Positions 15,413 to 24,749 of a DNA stretch of 32,000 nucleotides are shown here, piece by piece. A program made the translations under genes and the position numbers. Positions within the stretch are counted from its first letter, which is position 1; each line of letters opens with the position of its first letter. The stretch is taken from the NCBI RefSeq assembly GCF_001598795.1, contig NZ_BCZP01000031.1, positions 1 to 32,000 of the forward strand. The letters run 5' to 3'. Origin of the DNA: Delftia acidovorans NBRC 14950. Its GTDB lineage: Bacteria > Pseudomonadota > Gammaproteobacteria > Burkholderiales > Burkholderiaceae_C. The notes beneath the pieces are model-generated. The model saw only the letters and a program-made list of their open reading frames with translations, did no database searches and had not been told where the DNA came from.

Positions 15413-16543
15413 TCAGACGGCCTGGCCGCGAAAGCGCATGGCCGCCTGGCGCGAGACCTCGGCCAGCAACTGCTCGCTGCGCTGGCGTTCGCGCAGCCAG
15501 CGGGCATCGTTGCTGCCGGCGGCCACGTCGCTGCGCAGCAGGTGCAGGGCGGGCGCGGCGCCATGGCGGGCCGCGTAGTCGGCCACGGCATCCATGGTCT
15601 TGAGGATATGGTCGGCCAGCGGCATGTGCTCGCCCGTGGCCGGGTCCACGTACACGGCTTCCAGGCCGAAGCGGCAGGCCTGGAAGCGGTTGTAAGTGTA
15701 GACCAGGTAGTCGTCCTCCACGGGCGTGAAGGGCTGGGTGTCCATGAACCAGGCAGCCAGCGCCTGCACATAGCCGGACAGGGCGGCTGCGCGCTCGATG
15801 GTCAGTGGCGTGTCGAACACGCGGATCTCGATGGTGCCGAACTCGGGCTTGGGCCGGATGTCCCAGTAGAAGTCCTTCATGCTCTTGACCACGCCCGTGC
15901 GCGTCATCTTGTCGAAGTACTGCTCGAACTCGCTCCAGTGCAGCACGCAGGGCGCGCGGCCCGACAGCGGAAAGGCGAACACCGAGTTCAGCCGCGCCGA
16001 GTCGAAGGCCGTGTCATGGCCCTGCACATAGGGGCTGGAGGCCGACAGCGCAATGAAGTGCGGGATGTAGCGCGACATGCGGTGCAGCATCAGCAGGGCC
16101 GCATCGGCGTCGGGGCAGCCGATGTGCACGTGCTGGCCGAAGATGGTGAACTGCTTGGACAGGTACCCGTACAGCTGCGACAGCTCCTGGAAGCGCGGCT
16201 TGTCGTAGATGCGCCGCTCATGCCACTGCTGGAAGGGGTGGGTGCCGCCGCCCACCACGGCGATGTTGAGCTTGTCGGCGCTTTTGACCAGCGCATCGCG
16301 GATCTGGCTGAGCTGGCCCAGCACCTCCGAGGCCGAATGGCAGACGCTGGTGGAGATCTCGATCATGCTGTTCGTCATCTCGGGCACCACGCTGCCGGGC
16401 AGCGGGTTCTTGAGCATGAGGCGCAGCATGTCCTCGGCGTAGGGGGCCAGGTCGTAGTCGTGGGTGTTGACCAGCTGCAGTTCCAGCTCCACGCCCAGGG
16501 TCAGCGGTTCGGACGAGTTGAAGGCTTCAAGACTCACGTTCAT
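15413..16543 (-). CDS. ybdK: YbdK-type carboxylate-amine ligase (glutamate-cysteine ligase family 2)
   Basis: [34 protein letters not shown]... aligns from residue 1 with my memory of E. coli YbdK (..FHVSEPFTLGIELEMQVVN). ...GGGTHPF...HVHIG... motifs are present. Confidence 0.9.
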   Translation of the reverse strand: MNVSLEAFNSSEPLTLGVELELQLVNTHDYDLAPYAEDMLRLMLKNPLPGSVVPEMTNSMIEISTSVCHSASEVLGQLSQIRDALVKSADKLNIAVVGGGTHPFQQWHERRIYDKPRFQELSQLYGYLSKQFTIFGQHVHIGCPDADAALLMLHRMSRYIPHFIALSASSPYVQGHDTAFDSARLNSVFAFPLSGRAPCVLHWSEFEQYFDKMTRTGVVKSMKDFYWDIRPKPEFGTIEIRVFDTPLTIERAAALSGYVQALAAWFMDTQPFTPVEDDYLVYTYNRFQACRFGLEAVYVDPATGEHMPLADHILKTMDAVADYAARHGAAPALHLLRSDVAAGSNDARWLRERQRSEQLLAEVSRQAAMRFRGQAV

Positions 16544-17789
16544 CTCCTGCGGTATTCGTGCGGCTCAGCGGCTTCCAGGGACGGGAGCTTTCGCCGGAGC
16601 GGTAGATGGCCACGGTGGCCAGGGCGGCGCCCAGCACCTCCATCACCAAAATGGTGGGCAGGGCCACGCCTGCGATCTGCGCGCCCAGCTCGGGCGCGGC
16701 GGCCACGAACTGCGATGCAATCAGCAGCGCCACCGATGACATGGGTGCCATGGCGCAGCCCACCCAGAAGGCCTGGCGCCAGTTGGCGCCCGTGCCCACA
16801 TTGCCCACGGCCACGCCCATGGTCTTGGCGACCAGGCGTGCCAGGATCACGGCGCCCACCACGCCGGCCACCGGCGCGCTCCAGTCGGCCTGCGCGGCCA
16901 CGGTGGAGACCAGCACGAACATCAGCATGGTCAGCAGCGAGGCCGCCGTGCCCAGCTGGCGCGGCCAGGCCCAGGGGCGCGGGTTGAACTGCTTGAGCAG
17001 GATGCCGCCCAGCAGCGCCGCCAGCGGCGCCGAGCCGCCCAGGTACGAGGCCACGGGCACGCTGGCCGAGATCAGCGTGAGAAAGAGGATGGAGGTGTTC
17101 TCGCTGGCCGGGCTCATGAAGCGCAGCGCCAGGCGCATCAGCACGGCCAGCACCAGGGCCACGGCCACCGAGACGCCCAGCACCACCAGCACCGGCATGA
17201 TCGAGGCCACGAAGCCCGCCTTGGGCTGCGTCAGCATGCCCGCCTTGGCGCTGCCCAGGGCCAGCGCATACAGCGTGGACAGGGTGGCCAGCACCAGGCC
17301 GCGATCGGTCACGGCGCCTGCGGCACGCATGTCGGCCACCACGCGCGTCAGCACCAGGGGCGAGGCTGCCATGGCCACCAGGGCCAGCGGCCCGGCCACT
17401 TCGGGGGCCACGCCCAGCCAGCGCAGCACCAGGGAGACGAGCACATAGGTCAACGCGGATTCGGCCACGCTTTGCACCAGCACCATGGGGTTGTGGCGGA
17501 ACCAGCGCAGCGTGATGCGCCCGCCGCATTCGAACAGCACGATGGCCACGCCCAGCTCCAGCAGGAACAATCCCGTGCCCTGCAGCGGCCAGGCGGTGTT
17601 GGCGCCAAAGCCGATCAGCCCGGCAATGCCGCCGACCAGCGAATAGCCGACCACCTTGGGCAGGGCCGCATGGCGCTGGCAGGCGTAACCCACCATGGTG
17701 GCCACGGCCAGCAGCAGGGACCATTGCACCGTGGCCAACCCGGCCGATGGCCGCAGCCACGGTTCCCAGAAGCTCAGCATGTCATTCAT
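16527..17789 (-). CDS. Cation:proton antiporter (Na+/H+ exchanger family, CPA-type), membrane domain only
   Basis: 420 aa, hydrophobic throughout with about 11-12 predicted helices. ...[10 protein letters not shown]... and ...[13 protein letters not shown]... resemble the CPA2 core motifs. AAGGA lies 8 nt upstream of the ATG at 17789. The 3' end overlaps the ybdK start by 17 nt. Confidence 0.8.
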   Translation of the reverse strand: MNDMLSFWEPWLRPSAGLATVQWSLLLAVATMVGYACQRHAALPKVVGYSLVGGIAGLIGFGANTAWPLQGTGLFLLELGVAIVLFECGGRITLRWFRHNPMVLVQSVAESALTYVLVSLVLRWLGVAPEVAGPLALVAMAASPLVLTRVVADMRAAGAVTDRGLVLATLSTLYALALGSAKAGMLTQPKAGFVASIMPVLVVLGVSVAVALVLAVLMRLALRFMSPASENTSILFLTLISASVPVASYLGGSAPLAALLGGILLKQFNPRPWAWPRQLGTAASLLTMLMFVLVSTVAAQADWSAPVAGVVGAVILARLVAKTMGVAVGNVGTGANWRQAFWVGCAMAPMSSVALLIASQFVAAAPELGAQIAGVALPTILVMEVLGAALATVAIYRSGESSRPWKPLSRTNTAGDERES

Positions 17790-17987
17790 AAGCGAGGTCC
17801 TTTGCGCGAGCCAGTGGCCCGCAAGCGAAGCTCCGCAGGGCCTTCCCTGCGGCGCGGGCAAGCCCGCGTCCCGTGCGCCTGGCACGGGGACACTTCGTTG
17901 GCGATCCACTGGCGTGACTGCCGGGCTGCAAGGCCGGGCGGGCACGCCAGCACGTGGGTTCCGCGTGGTTCCCGAGGTCCCGCAGGC

Positions 17988-19955
17988 TCAGGGGCGGAAG
18001 AAACTCAGCGGCGCTGTGCGCAGACGGCGGCGGATGGCCGAATAGATGCGCGAGCGGTCGACTCCGCTGACATTGTGTGCCCTCATCGCAACGCGGAATG
18101 CCAGATAAAAGCTGACAGTGACATTCAACGCGCCATTGACCGGCAGTAGGGCAACCGCCCACCAGAACATGTCGGAGTGCAGCACCTGCCAGCCCAGGGC
18201 CGCCATGGCGGCACCGATCTGGCCTGCCGACAGCGTGACGTGGCGCACCTCCAGCCCCAGGCCGAAGAAGGCCGCGAAAGCGGGCACCAGGCCCAGCATC
18301 ATGCCCAGCGAGACGTTGGCGGCAAAGCCCGAAATGTTCTTGCGCCAGAAATGCGCCCAGCGGTCGGCACGCTTGGCGCCCAGCCAGCGCGTGATGCCGG
18401 GGTTGTAGCGGATCACCGAGTCCAGCCGGCGCAGCACGAACCAGTTCTCCGCCCAACCCGCGATCAGGCTGCTGGCGAACAGCAGCACGCCCGTGAAGGC
18501 CGCGAACAGCGGCGACATGCCCAGCAGACTCAGCGAGTCGAGCACGGCAATCGCATGCGGCCCGTCGATGGGCGTGTGGCCGAACAGCTGGGCATAGCCC
18601 AGCGACAGCAGCAGCACCATGGGCAGCACCACCAGCACGTTGCCCAGCACGGCCGCCACCTGCGAGCGCACCAGGTGGGCGACCTCGTCCACGAACTCCT
18701 CGATGGCCTCGCTGGCGCGCAGGTCCTTGAGCTTGGCGGCCATGGCCGGTGCCGTCATGGCCGGCTGCTTGGTCGCCACCGTGAAGTGCAGCAGCTGGAT
18801 CAGCACAAAGCTGATGGAGTAGTTGATGCCCGCCGCCAGCCCACCCCAGAACGCCGACAGCCCCAGCGCGTAGAGCGCGAACTTCAGCAGCGTGGTGAAG
18901 GCCATCACAAAGCCGCCGCCAGCGGCCTTGGTCGCCATGGACAGGTATTCGCGGCCGGTGCGCGTGATGTAGTGCTCGCCTGTCTCGGCGCTGCGCTCGG
19001 CCACCTTGGCCGCCAGCAGCGAGGTGTTGGTGGACAGCAGCGCGCGCAGGCTGCGCCGCTCAATGCCCACGGACACCAGGTTGGCCAGCAGGTCGGCCGT
19101 CTCGGTGGCGCGGTTGTCGGCCACCAGGCAGTCCAGCAGCCGCCTGACGCGCAGGATGCGCGCGCGCAGCTGGCGCAGGCGGAACACCAGGCCCACCGAA
19201 ATCCCTTCGGACTCGAAATGTGTGTAGACCGATGTCACGGCCGCGCGGCAGGCATCCAGGCGCTCGCGCAGCCGGGCCTCGGCCGCATCGCGCCGGTCAT
19301 TGGTGCGCAGCGCGTGCATCACCTCCACGCGCAGGCTCTCGGCGTCGTGGATCAGGGCGTGGAAGGGCTGGTCGTCGCGCGCCTGCTCGTCCATGCGCAG
19401 GCGCAGTTCGGGCGAAAAGCCCGTGGACAGGATCTGCCCCGTGCAATAGGTGATGGAGCCCAGCAGGCTGTTCTGCCAGAAGCTGCTGCCCTGGCCCTCG
19501 CTGCCGTCGGTCAGCAGCAGTGCGATGCGTTCGAGCAGCGGCGCCTCCAGCGCGTGCAGCCAGCGCGCGTCGAATTCGTCGGGCATGGCCAGCATGAACA
19601 GCTCGGAGGCATCCACCGTCTCGGGCGTGCTGGGCAGCAGCTTGTAGCGTGCGCGCTCGGACAGCTCGCTGAACATGTTGGTGCGCGGCGCAAAGCCGAA
19701 ATCGGCCAGCAGCGCCGTGATGTCCACGGTGTCGATGAAGCGCAGCCACCAGGCATGCAGGCGCTGGCGCACGGCCGGGTCGGCCTCCACGGCCTCCACC
19801 AGCAACTGCACACGCTGCACGGCGCCGTCCACCGACGGCTTGGGCGCGCGCACCCACTCCAGCAGGTGGATCAGCCAGATATGGCGGTGCGCGAGGTCGG
19901 CCTCGGGGTCGAGTGCGGCCAGAAGGCCGGGCAGGTCTTGGGTGATTCGCTTCAT
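17988..19955 (-). CDS. Gcr-type 'site-specific recombinase' family protein; sequence indicates a polytopic membrane protein
   Basis: The N-terminus MKRITQDLPGLLAALDPEADLAHRHIWLIHLLEWVR... resembles the family routinely annotated as site-specific recombinase (Gcr). The C-terminal ~330 aa contain at least 5 long hydrophobic segments. Confidence 0.7.
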   Translation of the reverse strand: MKRITQDLPGLLAALDPEADLAHRHIWLIHLLEWVRAPKPSVDGAVQRVQLLVEAVEADPAVRQRLHAWWLRFIDTVDITALLADFGFAPRTNMFSELSERARYKLLPSTPETVDASELFMLAMPDEFDARWLHALEAPLLERIALLLTDGSEGQGSSFWQNSLLGSITYCTGQILSTGFSPELRLRMDEQARDDQPFHALIHDAESLRVEVMHALRTNDRRDAAEARLRERLDACRAAVTSVYTHFESEGISVGLVFRLRQLRARILRVRRLLDCLVADNRATETADLLANLVSVGIERRSLRALLSTNTSLLAAKVAERSAETGEHYITRTGREYLSMATKAAGGGFVMAFTTLLKFALYALGLSAFWGGLAAGINYSISFVLIQLLHFTVATKQPAMTAPAMAAKLKDLRASEAIEEFVDEVAHLVRSQVAAVLGNVLVVLPMVLLLSLGYAQLFGHTPIDGPHAIAVLDSLSLLGMSPLFAAFTGVLLFASSLIAGWAENWFVLRRLDSVIRYNPGITRWLGAKRADRWAHFWRKNISGFAANVSLGMMLGLVPAFAAFFGLGLEVRHVTLSAGQIGAAMAALGWQVLHSDMFWWAVALLPVNGALNVTVSFYLAFRVAMRAHNVSGVDRSRIYSAIRRRLRTAPLSFFRP

Positions 19956-20007
19956 GTAGGGGTCTTGCGGCAGGGCGGAAGACTAGCGCCTCCCCCGAGG
20001 AACGCGC

Positions 20008-20415
20008 TCAGTGCAGCACGCGGTTGTCAGGGTCTGGAAAGCTGTCGCCGCCGGCACCGGATATCAGCTGGAATCGCGGAATGCTGCACTCGAAGACCTC
20101 GCCCTCGTGGCTGATGCACAGATAGCTGCCCTGCATGCTGCCGTTGGGCGTGCGCAGCTGGCAGCCGCTGGTGTACTCGAAGGTCTCGCCAGGCTGCAGC
20201 AGCGGCTGGCGGCCGATCACCCCCAGGCCCTTGACCTCTTCGACATGGCCCAGTTCGTTGGTGATGATCCAGTGGCGCGCGATCAACTGGCCCGGCACCT
20301 GGCCGGTATTGGTCACGGTGATCGTGTAGGAGAAGGCGTATACGCCCGCCGCTGGAGCGGATTGCTCTGGCAAAAAGGCGGGGCGTACCTGGACCTGGAA
20401 CTCGTTCATGGGCAT
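20008..20415 (-). CDS. apaG: ApaG (DUF525) protein
   Basis: ...YAFSYTITVTNTGQVPGQLIARHWIITNELGHVEEVKGLGVIGRQPLLQPGETFEYTSGC.L.TP.GSMQGSY aligns well with E. coli ApaG as I remember it. The start is 20415 or 20409. Confidence 0.85.
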   Translation of the reverse strand: MPMNEFQVQVRPAFLPEQSAPAAGVYAFSYTITVTNTGQVPGQLIARHWIITNELGHVEEVKGLGVIGRQPLLQPGETFEYTSGCQLRTPNGSMQGSYLCISHEGEVFECSIPRFQLISGAGGDSFPDPDNRVLH

Positions 20416-20531
20416 GGCGGCAATGGTAACTGCCCGCAATGTACCGGCTTGCGAACGTCCCCACGCGCCGCCGTCCATGGCTTTGTGCCGTCGCTGGTGC
20501 CGGCATGGGCTAGCTGCGACAATCGCAGGCC

Positions 20532-21215
20532 ATGAGCCCCACCTACCGCATCGCCCCCTCCATCCTGTCTGCCGACTTCGCCCGTCTGGGCGATGAGGTC
20601 AAGAATGTGATCGCCTCCGGCGCCGACTGGATCCACTTCGACGTGATGGACAACCACTACGTGCCCAACCTCACGTTCGGTCCCATGATCTGCGAGGCCC
20701 TGAAGCCCCATGCGAAGACGCCCGACGGCCAGCCCGTGCCCATCGACGTGCACCTGATGGTCTCGCCCGTGGACGAACTGGCCACGGCCTTCGCCAAGGC
20801 CGGCGCCGACTACATCAGCTTCCACCCCGATGCCACGGCCCACGTGCACCGCAGCATCCAGAACATCCGCGCCCAGGGCGCCAAGCCCGGCCTGGTGTTC
20901 AACCCCGCCGCCCCGCTGGACGTGCTGGACTGGGTCATCGACGACATCGACCTCATCTTGCTGATGAGCGTGAACCCCGGCTTCGGCGGCCAGAGCTTCA
21001 TCGACAGCACGCTGCGCAAGATCGAGGCCGCGCGCAAGCGCATCGAGGCCAGCGGCCGCGACATCCGCCTGGAAGTGGACGGCGGCATCAAGGAAACCAA
21101 CATCCGCCGCGTGGCCGATGCCGGTGCCGACACCTTCGTGGCGGGCAGCGCCATCTTCGGCAAGCCTGACTACAAGGCCGTGATCGACGCCATGCGCGGC
21201 GCCCTGGCCGCCTGA
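20532..21215 (+). CDS. rpe: Ribulose-phosphate 3-epimerase
   Basis: [17 protein letters not shown]......[22 protein letters not shown]...HLMV.P.....F..AGAD.ISFH.E...[11 protein letters not shown]......VDGG is canonical Rpe. Confidence 0.95.
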   Translation: MSPTYRIAPSILSADFARLGDEVKNVIASGADWIHFDVMDNHYVPNLTFGPMICEALKPHAKTPDGQPVPIDVHLMVSPVDELATAFAKAGADYISFHPDATAHVHRSIQNIRAQGAKPGLVFNPAAPLDVLDWVIDDIDLILLMSVNPGFGGQSFIDSTLRKIEAARKRIEASGRDIRLEVDGGIKETNIRRVADAGADTFVAGSAIFGKPDYKAVIDAMRGALAA

Positions 21216-21234
21216 GCTTCGGCCTGCCTCCAGC

Positions 21235-21266
21235 AAAAAAGGGCCCGCGAATTGCGGGCCCTTTTC
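21235..21266. terminator. Bidirectional rho-independent terminator
   Basis: aaaaaa-GGGCCCGC-gaatt-GCGGGCCC-ttttc. An 8-bp GC stem is flanked by an A-run and a T-run, between convergent rpe (stop 21215) and the CzcE-like gene (stop 21283). Confidence 0.75.
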
Positions 21267-21282
21267 GTTGCCAACGGCGCTT

Positions 21283-21609
21283 TCAGCCGCCCAGCTCATG
21301 CTCTCCGGGCATGACGAAGATGCTCTTGCCCTGCGTGTCGAAACCGGGCGGCGCAAAGCGCGCTACCGGGACATGGTTGTGCTGGATGGAGCTGACCTTC
21401 CACGCGAATGTGCGGCCCTGGCTGGTGAAATTCACGGTTTCGCCGCAGGCGATATTGATGGGCGCTTTCTGCGATAGATCGACAGTACGGTAGACGCCCG
21501 CAGGCGCGGGCGATCCGTAATAGGATTTGCCGTTTGCAAAGCGTTCCGCATGGGCCGGCAATGCAGCCATGACGATTGCTGCGGTGCCCAATATGAATAT
21601 GGATTTCAT
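21283..21609 (-). CDS. Small secreted protein, CzcE-like metal-binding family (tentative)
   Basis: Signal peptide MKSIFILGTAAIVMAALPAHA. The ...INIACGETVNFTSQGRTFAWKV...FAPPGF......IFV pattern resembles CzcE-family periplasmic proteins. This assignment is from memory only. Confidence 0.55.
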   Translation of the reverse strand: MKSIFILGTAAIVMAALPAHAERFANGKSYYGSPAPAGVYRTVDLSQKAPINIACGETVNFTSQGRTFAWKVSSIQHNHVPVARFAPPGFDTQGKSIFVMPGEHELGG

Positions 21610-21768
21610 TGAATATGCCTCCGAAATAGGGCGGATACATGGGCGGATTCATGAAATCCGCCATGAACTGTATTCAGTCCATGGCGGAGACTGTAGAGTC
21701 ATCGGCTTCTATATATCAGGGCAGCCGGATGACATTTCAGCCATATTGCCGCAAATGCGTGGAAATTT

Positions 21769-22815
21769 TCAGAAACTGTGGCGCATGCCGAGTTCAGCGC
21801 CTGTGGAGCTGCCGCCCGCAGCCAGTCCGGTGGTGCCGCCATTGAGGCTGAAATTGGCCCCGCCCTTGTTGGTCACGCGTGCAAGGGTTCCATACAGCGC
21901 CGTGCGCCGCGACAGGTTGTGCACATAGCCGATCGCATACCTGTTGGCATCGCTGCCATTGAAGGCCACCGGGCCACGGCGCGAATCGGTGCGCACATAG
22001 GAGGCGCGGATGTAGTTCGCCCCCACGGGCACGGTAAGGCCGACCTGCCAGCGGTCCTCGGAGCCCGCGATGCGGGTTCCATAGGTGCCATAGGGCAGGT
22101 CCTCGCGCTGGAAATACCCCATCAGCTTGGCAAAGCCGAAATCGTAGGAGGCGCCTGCGCCGTATTGCTTGAGCTTGGTGCCCGCAGCATTCACATCGGT
22201 CGAGCCATAGGTGAGCGCCAGGTTCAGAGGACCGTTGTCGTAGGTCAGGCGGCTGCCGAAATGGCGGCCGGCGCTGCTCACGGGGTCTTCGTCCAGGGCA
22301 TACATCACTTCTGCCTGGAAACCGCTCCATTTGGGAGTGAAGTACTGGATGGCGTTGTCGCTGCGGTAGTAGTTCGAGAAGGTGCCAGGCAGGCGGCTGA
22401 TGATGTTGGAGTTTGCCAGGCCGATCACGTTGAACGGGTCGAACTTGGTGGGATTTTGCGCGGCCGGCGTGAAATCGCGGCCCAGGCGCAGCTCGCCGAA
22501 GCCGCCCGCCAAGCTCACCGTGGAGCGGCGCTGGAAGAACTTGCCATTGGCGTTTGTCGTGCCGGTGTCGGCATAGAGGTCTGACTCCAGCCAGAACTCG
22601 GCCCTCAATCCGCCGCCCAGATCCTCGGTGCCGCGAAAGCCAAACCGGCCCGATGACAGCCCGCTGTTGTTCATGGTCATGTTGCTGGGCAGATCGCTGT
22701 TCTTCACGTAGCGCCCATTGACGTCAACGATGCCGAACAGGGTGATGGATGACTGCGCGCTGGCCGCCAGCGAAATGACGGGCAGTGCGGCCGCCAATAT
22801 ACGATTGAATTTCAT
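21769..22815 (-). CDS. Outer-membrane general porin (Burkholderiales OmpC-like)
   Basis: Signal peptide, then AQSSITLFGIVDVNGRYV...GFRGTEDLGGGL.A.F.LE. There are alternating beta-strand patterns and a C-terminal ...ELGMRHSF ending in Phe. Confidence 0.9.
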   Translation of the reverse strand: MKFNRILAAALPVISLAASAQSSITLFGIVDVNGRYVKNSDLPSNMTMNNSGLSSGRFGFRGTEDLGGGLRAEFWLESDLYADTGTTNANGKFFQRRSTVSLAGGFGELRLGRDFTPAAQNPTKFDPFNVIGLANSNIISRLPGTFSNYYRSDNAIQYFTPKWSGFQAEVMYALDEDPVSSAGRHFGSRLTYDNGPLNLALTYGSTDVNAAGTKLKQYGAGASYDFGFAKLMGYFQREDLPYGTYGTRIAGSEDRWQVGLTVPVGANYIRASYVRTDSRRGPVAFNGSDANRYAIGYVHNLSRRTALYGTLARVTNKGGANFSLNGGTTGLAAGGSSTGAELGMRHSF

Positions 22816-23180
22816 GCCTGGTCCTTGTATTGAATGTGGATTCCATGCGCATCCATTTCAAAACGGATGCTGTTGTAAATACTAGAATTCACAGGACGGC
22901 GCCAGGAGGCTTGAAAAGGAATCGACGGGGGGTGGCAAGCCAATCACAGGTTTTTAGGGCTCAACATGTTCCGTCCGGCCAACACCAATGGATTGCAATT
23001 CCATTCATGGCAGTTATCTTTCTTCAATATGTCTTGAATGTCACTTTTCTGTTGGGTAGATGGATTCTGGAGATTGATAGCATCCCGTGGGTTGAATCCG
23101 GTAAAGAAGAAAAAATCAATTCGTATCGGGTTGTTGATACGGCTGTGAGCGGGTATCGCAAGATAGGAGGGGACAGAAAA

Positions 23181-24716
23181 ATGCGGCGCGAGGATGTCAA
23201 GCTGAGGATGCTGGCCAGGCGAGGGGACACGGGTGCCAGGCTTCAGCTCGGGGAGGCGTATCTGACCGGGGGCCCCGGCGTTTCCAGGAGCATCCCGGTG
23301 GGGTTGGAGTATCTGCAGGCCGCACTGCCTCAGGCCAGGCGCCAGGCCTCGGTCTGCATAGCCTTGCATCTGCCGCTCAGGGAGTTGCTGGAGCACGGGC
23401 TGCTGGAGACCCTGAGGATCGCGGCGGAGTATGAGGATGTCGGGCGCCAGAAGCTTGCCGCATGGCATCTCATCCGGGGGGAGCTCGATCTGGCGCTGGA
23501 GTGCCTTGGCAAGTGCAGCGCCGCCCTGCCAAGCCATCTGGCAAGCAGCGTGTCTGTGCACACATCCGGCGAGCTGCTGCAGGCGTTGCAGATCCTGCGC
23601 GCCATACAGCCGCTGGACATTGCCGAAGTCATGGCCTGCGAGGCCCGGCAGGCCATGGCCAAGGGCCAGTCGCACCGCGCCGTGCGGATGCTGGAGCTCC
23701 TGCGCGACCTGCCTCATGCCGCTCATGGCCCGGTCATGCAGCAGCTGATTGCCGACCTGGTCCACCAGGCGGAGGTGGCGGGCCATGACCTGGGACGGCT
23801 GACCGTGGGCTGTATCGAAGCCAGCCTGGACCGATGCGCCGCCAATGGCGACGTGCGCGCTTGCCACGTGCTTGGACGGGCGCTTTCGGGGCTGCCCTGT
23901 GCACACCTGGCTCCCGAAAACCTCGTGAATGCGCAGAACCTGCGCAAGGCCGCAGCCCTGCTGCTGCGCGCTGCCGATGGCGGCATCGTCACCGCCTGGC
24001 TGCACCTGTTCCGCATCTGCTCCGACTACCGCAGCTCGGTGGCCAATCCCACCCTGGCACGCTTTTGCCTGGAGAAGGCGGCACGTCACGGACTGCCCGA
24101 GGCCGAGCGCCGCCTGGGTGCACTGGTGCTGCGTGATGCCACGCACATCGAACCCATGGAACAGGGCGTGGCCCTGCTCCATGCTGCAGCGGCCAAGGGA
24201 GACGTGCTGGCCGGGCTGCTGCTGCGTTCCTTGCTGCTGCCCGTGGGCGGTGACAACGAGGAGGAGGCCCTCGCGGCCATCGAGGCCGTACAGCCAGATG
24301 CCCCGCTGCTGGCCATGCGCCTGCGCCTGGCGCGCGTGTTCGGGCTCACCAAGCTGGAGGCGCTGTCGGTCAATCCCTCGACCGCCATGCGTCCCTGGGG
24401 GCTGGTGGTGGGCCACAACCCCCTGGTGGCGAAGGCCCGGCTGTGCGAGCCCCGTGCCGTGCCCGCGACCACGCCCGATGCCCAGCGCTGCCTGGAGCAG
24501 GCCGCGTCCATGTTCTCGGCGCAGCACGGGGAATCCCTGGCGCCGGAAGGCTCGCTGAGGGCCCGATCCCTGCAGATGCGGCGGCTGTTTCACCGCCTGC
24601 AGATCAGTGAAACGGTCTTTTTCGCCTCCGCCTCCTCCCGGCAGCGCGAGGCCATTCGCGTTGGCACGAAATGGGCCAGGCGGCAGCAGCAGATCCTCCG
24701 GCAGGTGCTGGCCTGA
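23181..24716 (+). CDS. Cytoplasmic Sel1-like/TPR repeat protein (511 aa)
   Basis: AGGAGG lies 7-12 nt upstream of the ATG at 23181. Repeats are of Sel1 type (GDTGARLQLGEAYLTGGPGVSRSIPVGLEYLQAA; NGDVRACHVLGRAL; AARHGLPEAERRLGALVL...GVALLHAAAAKGDVLAGLLL). No signal peptide is present. The 5' 351 nt of the tracked ORF is AT-rich intergenic sequence. Confidence 0.7.
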   Translation: MRREDVKLRMLARRGDTGARLQLGEAYLTGGPGVSRSIPVGLEYLQAALPQARRQASVCIALHLPLRELLEHGLLETLRIAAEYEDVGRQKLAAWHLIRGELDLALECLGKCSAALPSHLASSVSVHTSGELLQALQILRAIQPLDIAEVMACEARQAMAKGQSHRAVRMLELLRDLPHAAHGPVMQQLIADLVHQAEVAGHDLGRLTVGCIEASLDRCAANGDVRACHVLGRALSGLPCAHLAPENLVNAQNLRKAAALLLRAADGGIVTAWLHLFRICSDYRSSVANPTLARFCLEKAARHGLPEAERRLGALVLRDATHIEPMEQGVALLHAAAAKGDVLAGLLLRSLLLPVGGDNEEEALAAIEAVQPDAPLLAMRLRLARVFGLTKLEALSVNPSTAMRPWGLVVGHNPLVAKARLCEPRAVPATTPDAQRCLEQAASMFSAQHGESLAPEGSLRARSLQMRRLFHRLQISETVFFASASSRQREAIRVGTKWARRQQQILRQVLA

Positions 24717-24749
24717 GCCTCGCCTGTGCCCGCGTGCGAAGGAAATGAC

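Noticed and set aside
17824-17899. The cloverleaf-shaped 76-nt element as a tRNA or tRNA-like gene.
   Set aside because: The stems are 8/6/7 bp with 4-5 nt loops. There is no 7-nt anticodon loop, no D- or T-loop consensus (GTTCRA) and no discriminator or CCA context.
17988-19955. The 'site-specific recombinase' family gene as a marker of a mobile or invertible element.
   Set aside because: No catalytic recombinase motifs are recognisable, the protein is polytopic, and no flanking inverted repeats are seen. I treat it as a probable misnamed membrane protein.
22830-23180. 5' 351 nt of the 628-aa ORF, which would add 117 residues to the Sel1-repeat protein.
   Set aside because: The region is AT-rich with an intergenic character. 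A strong AGGAGG precedes the ATG at 23181. The extension has no repeat or signal-peptide features.
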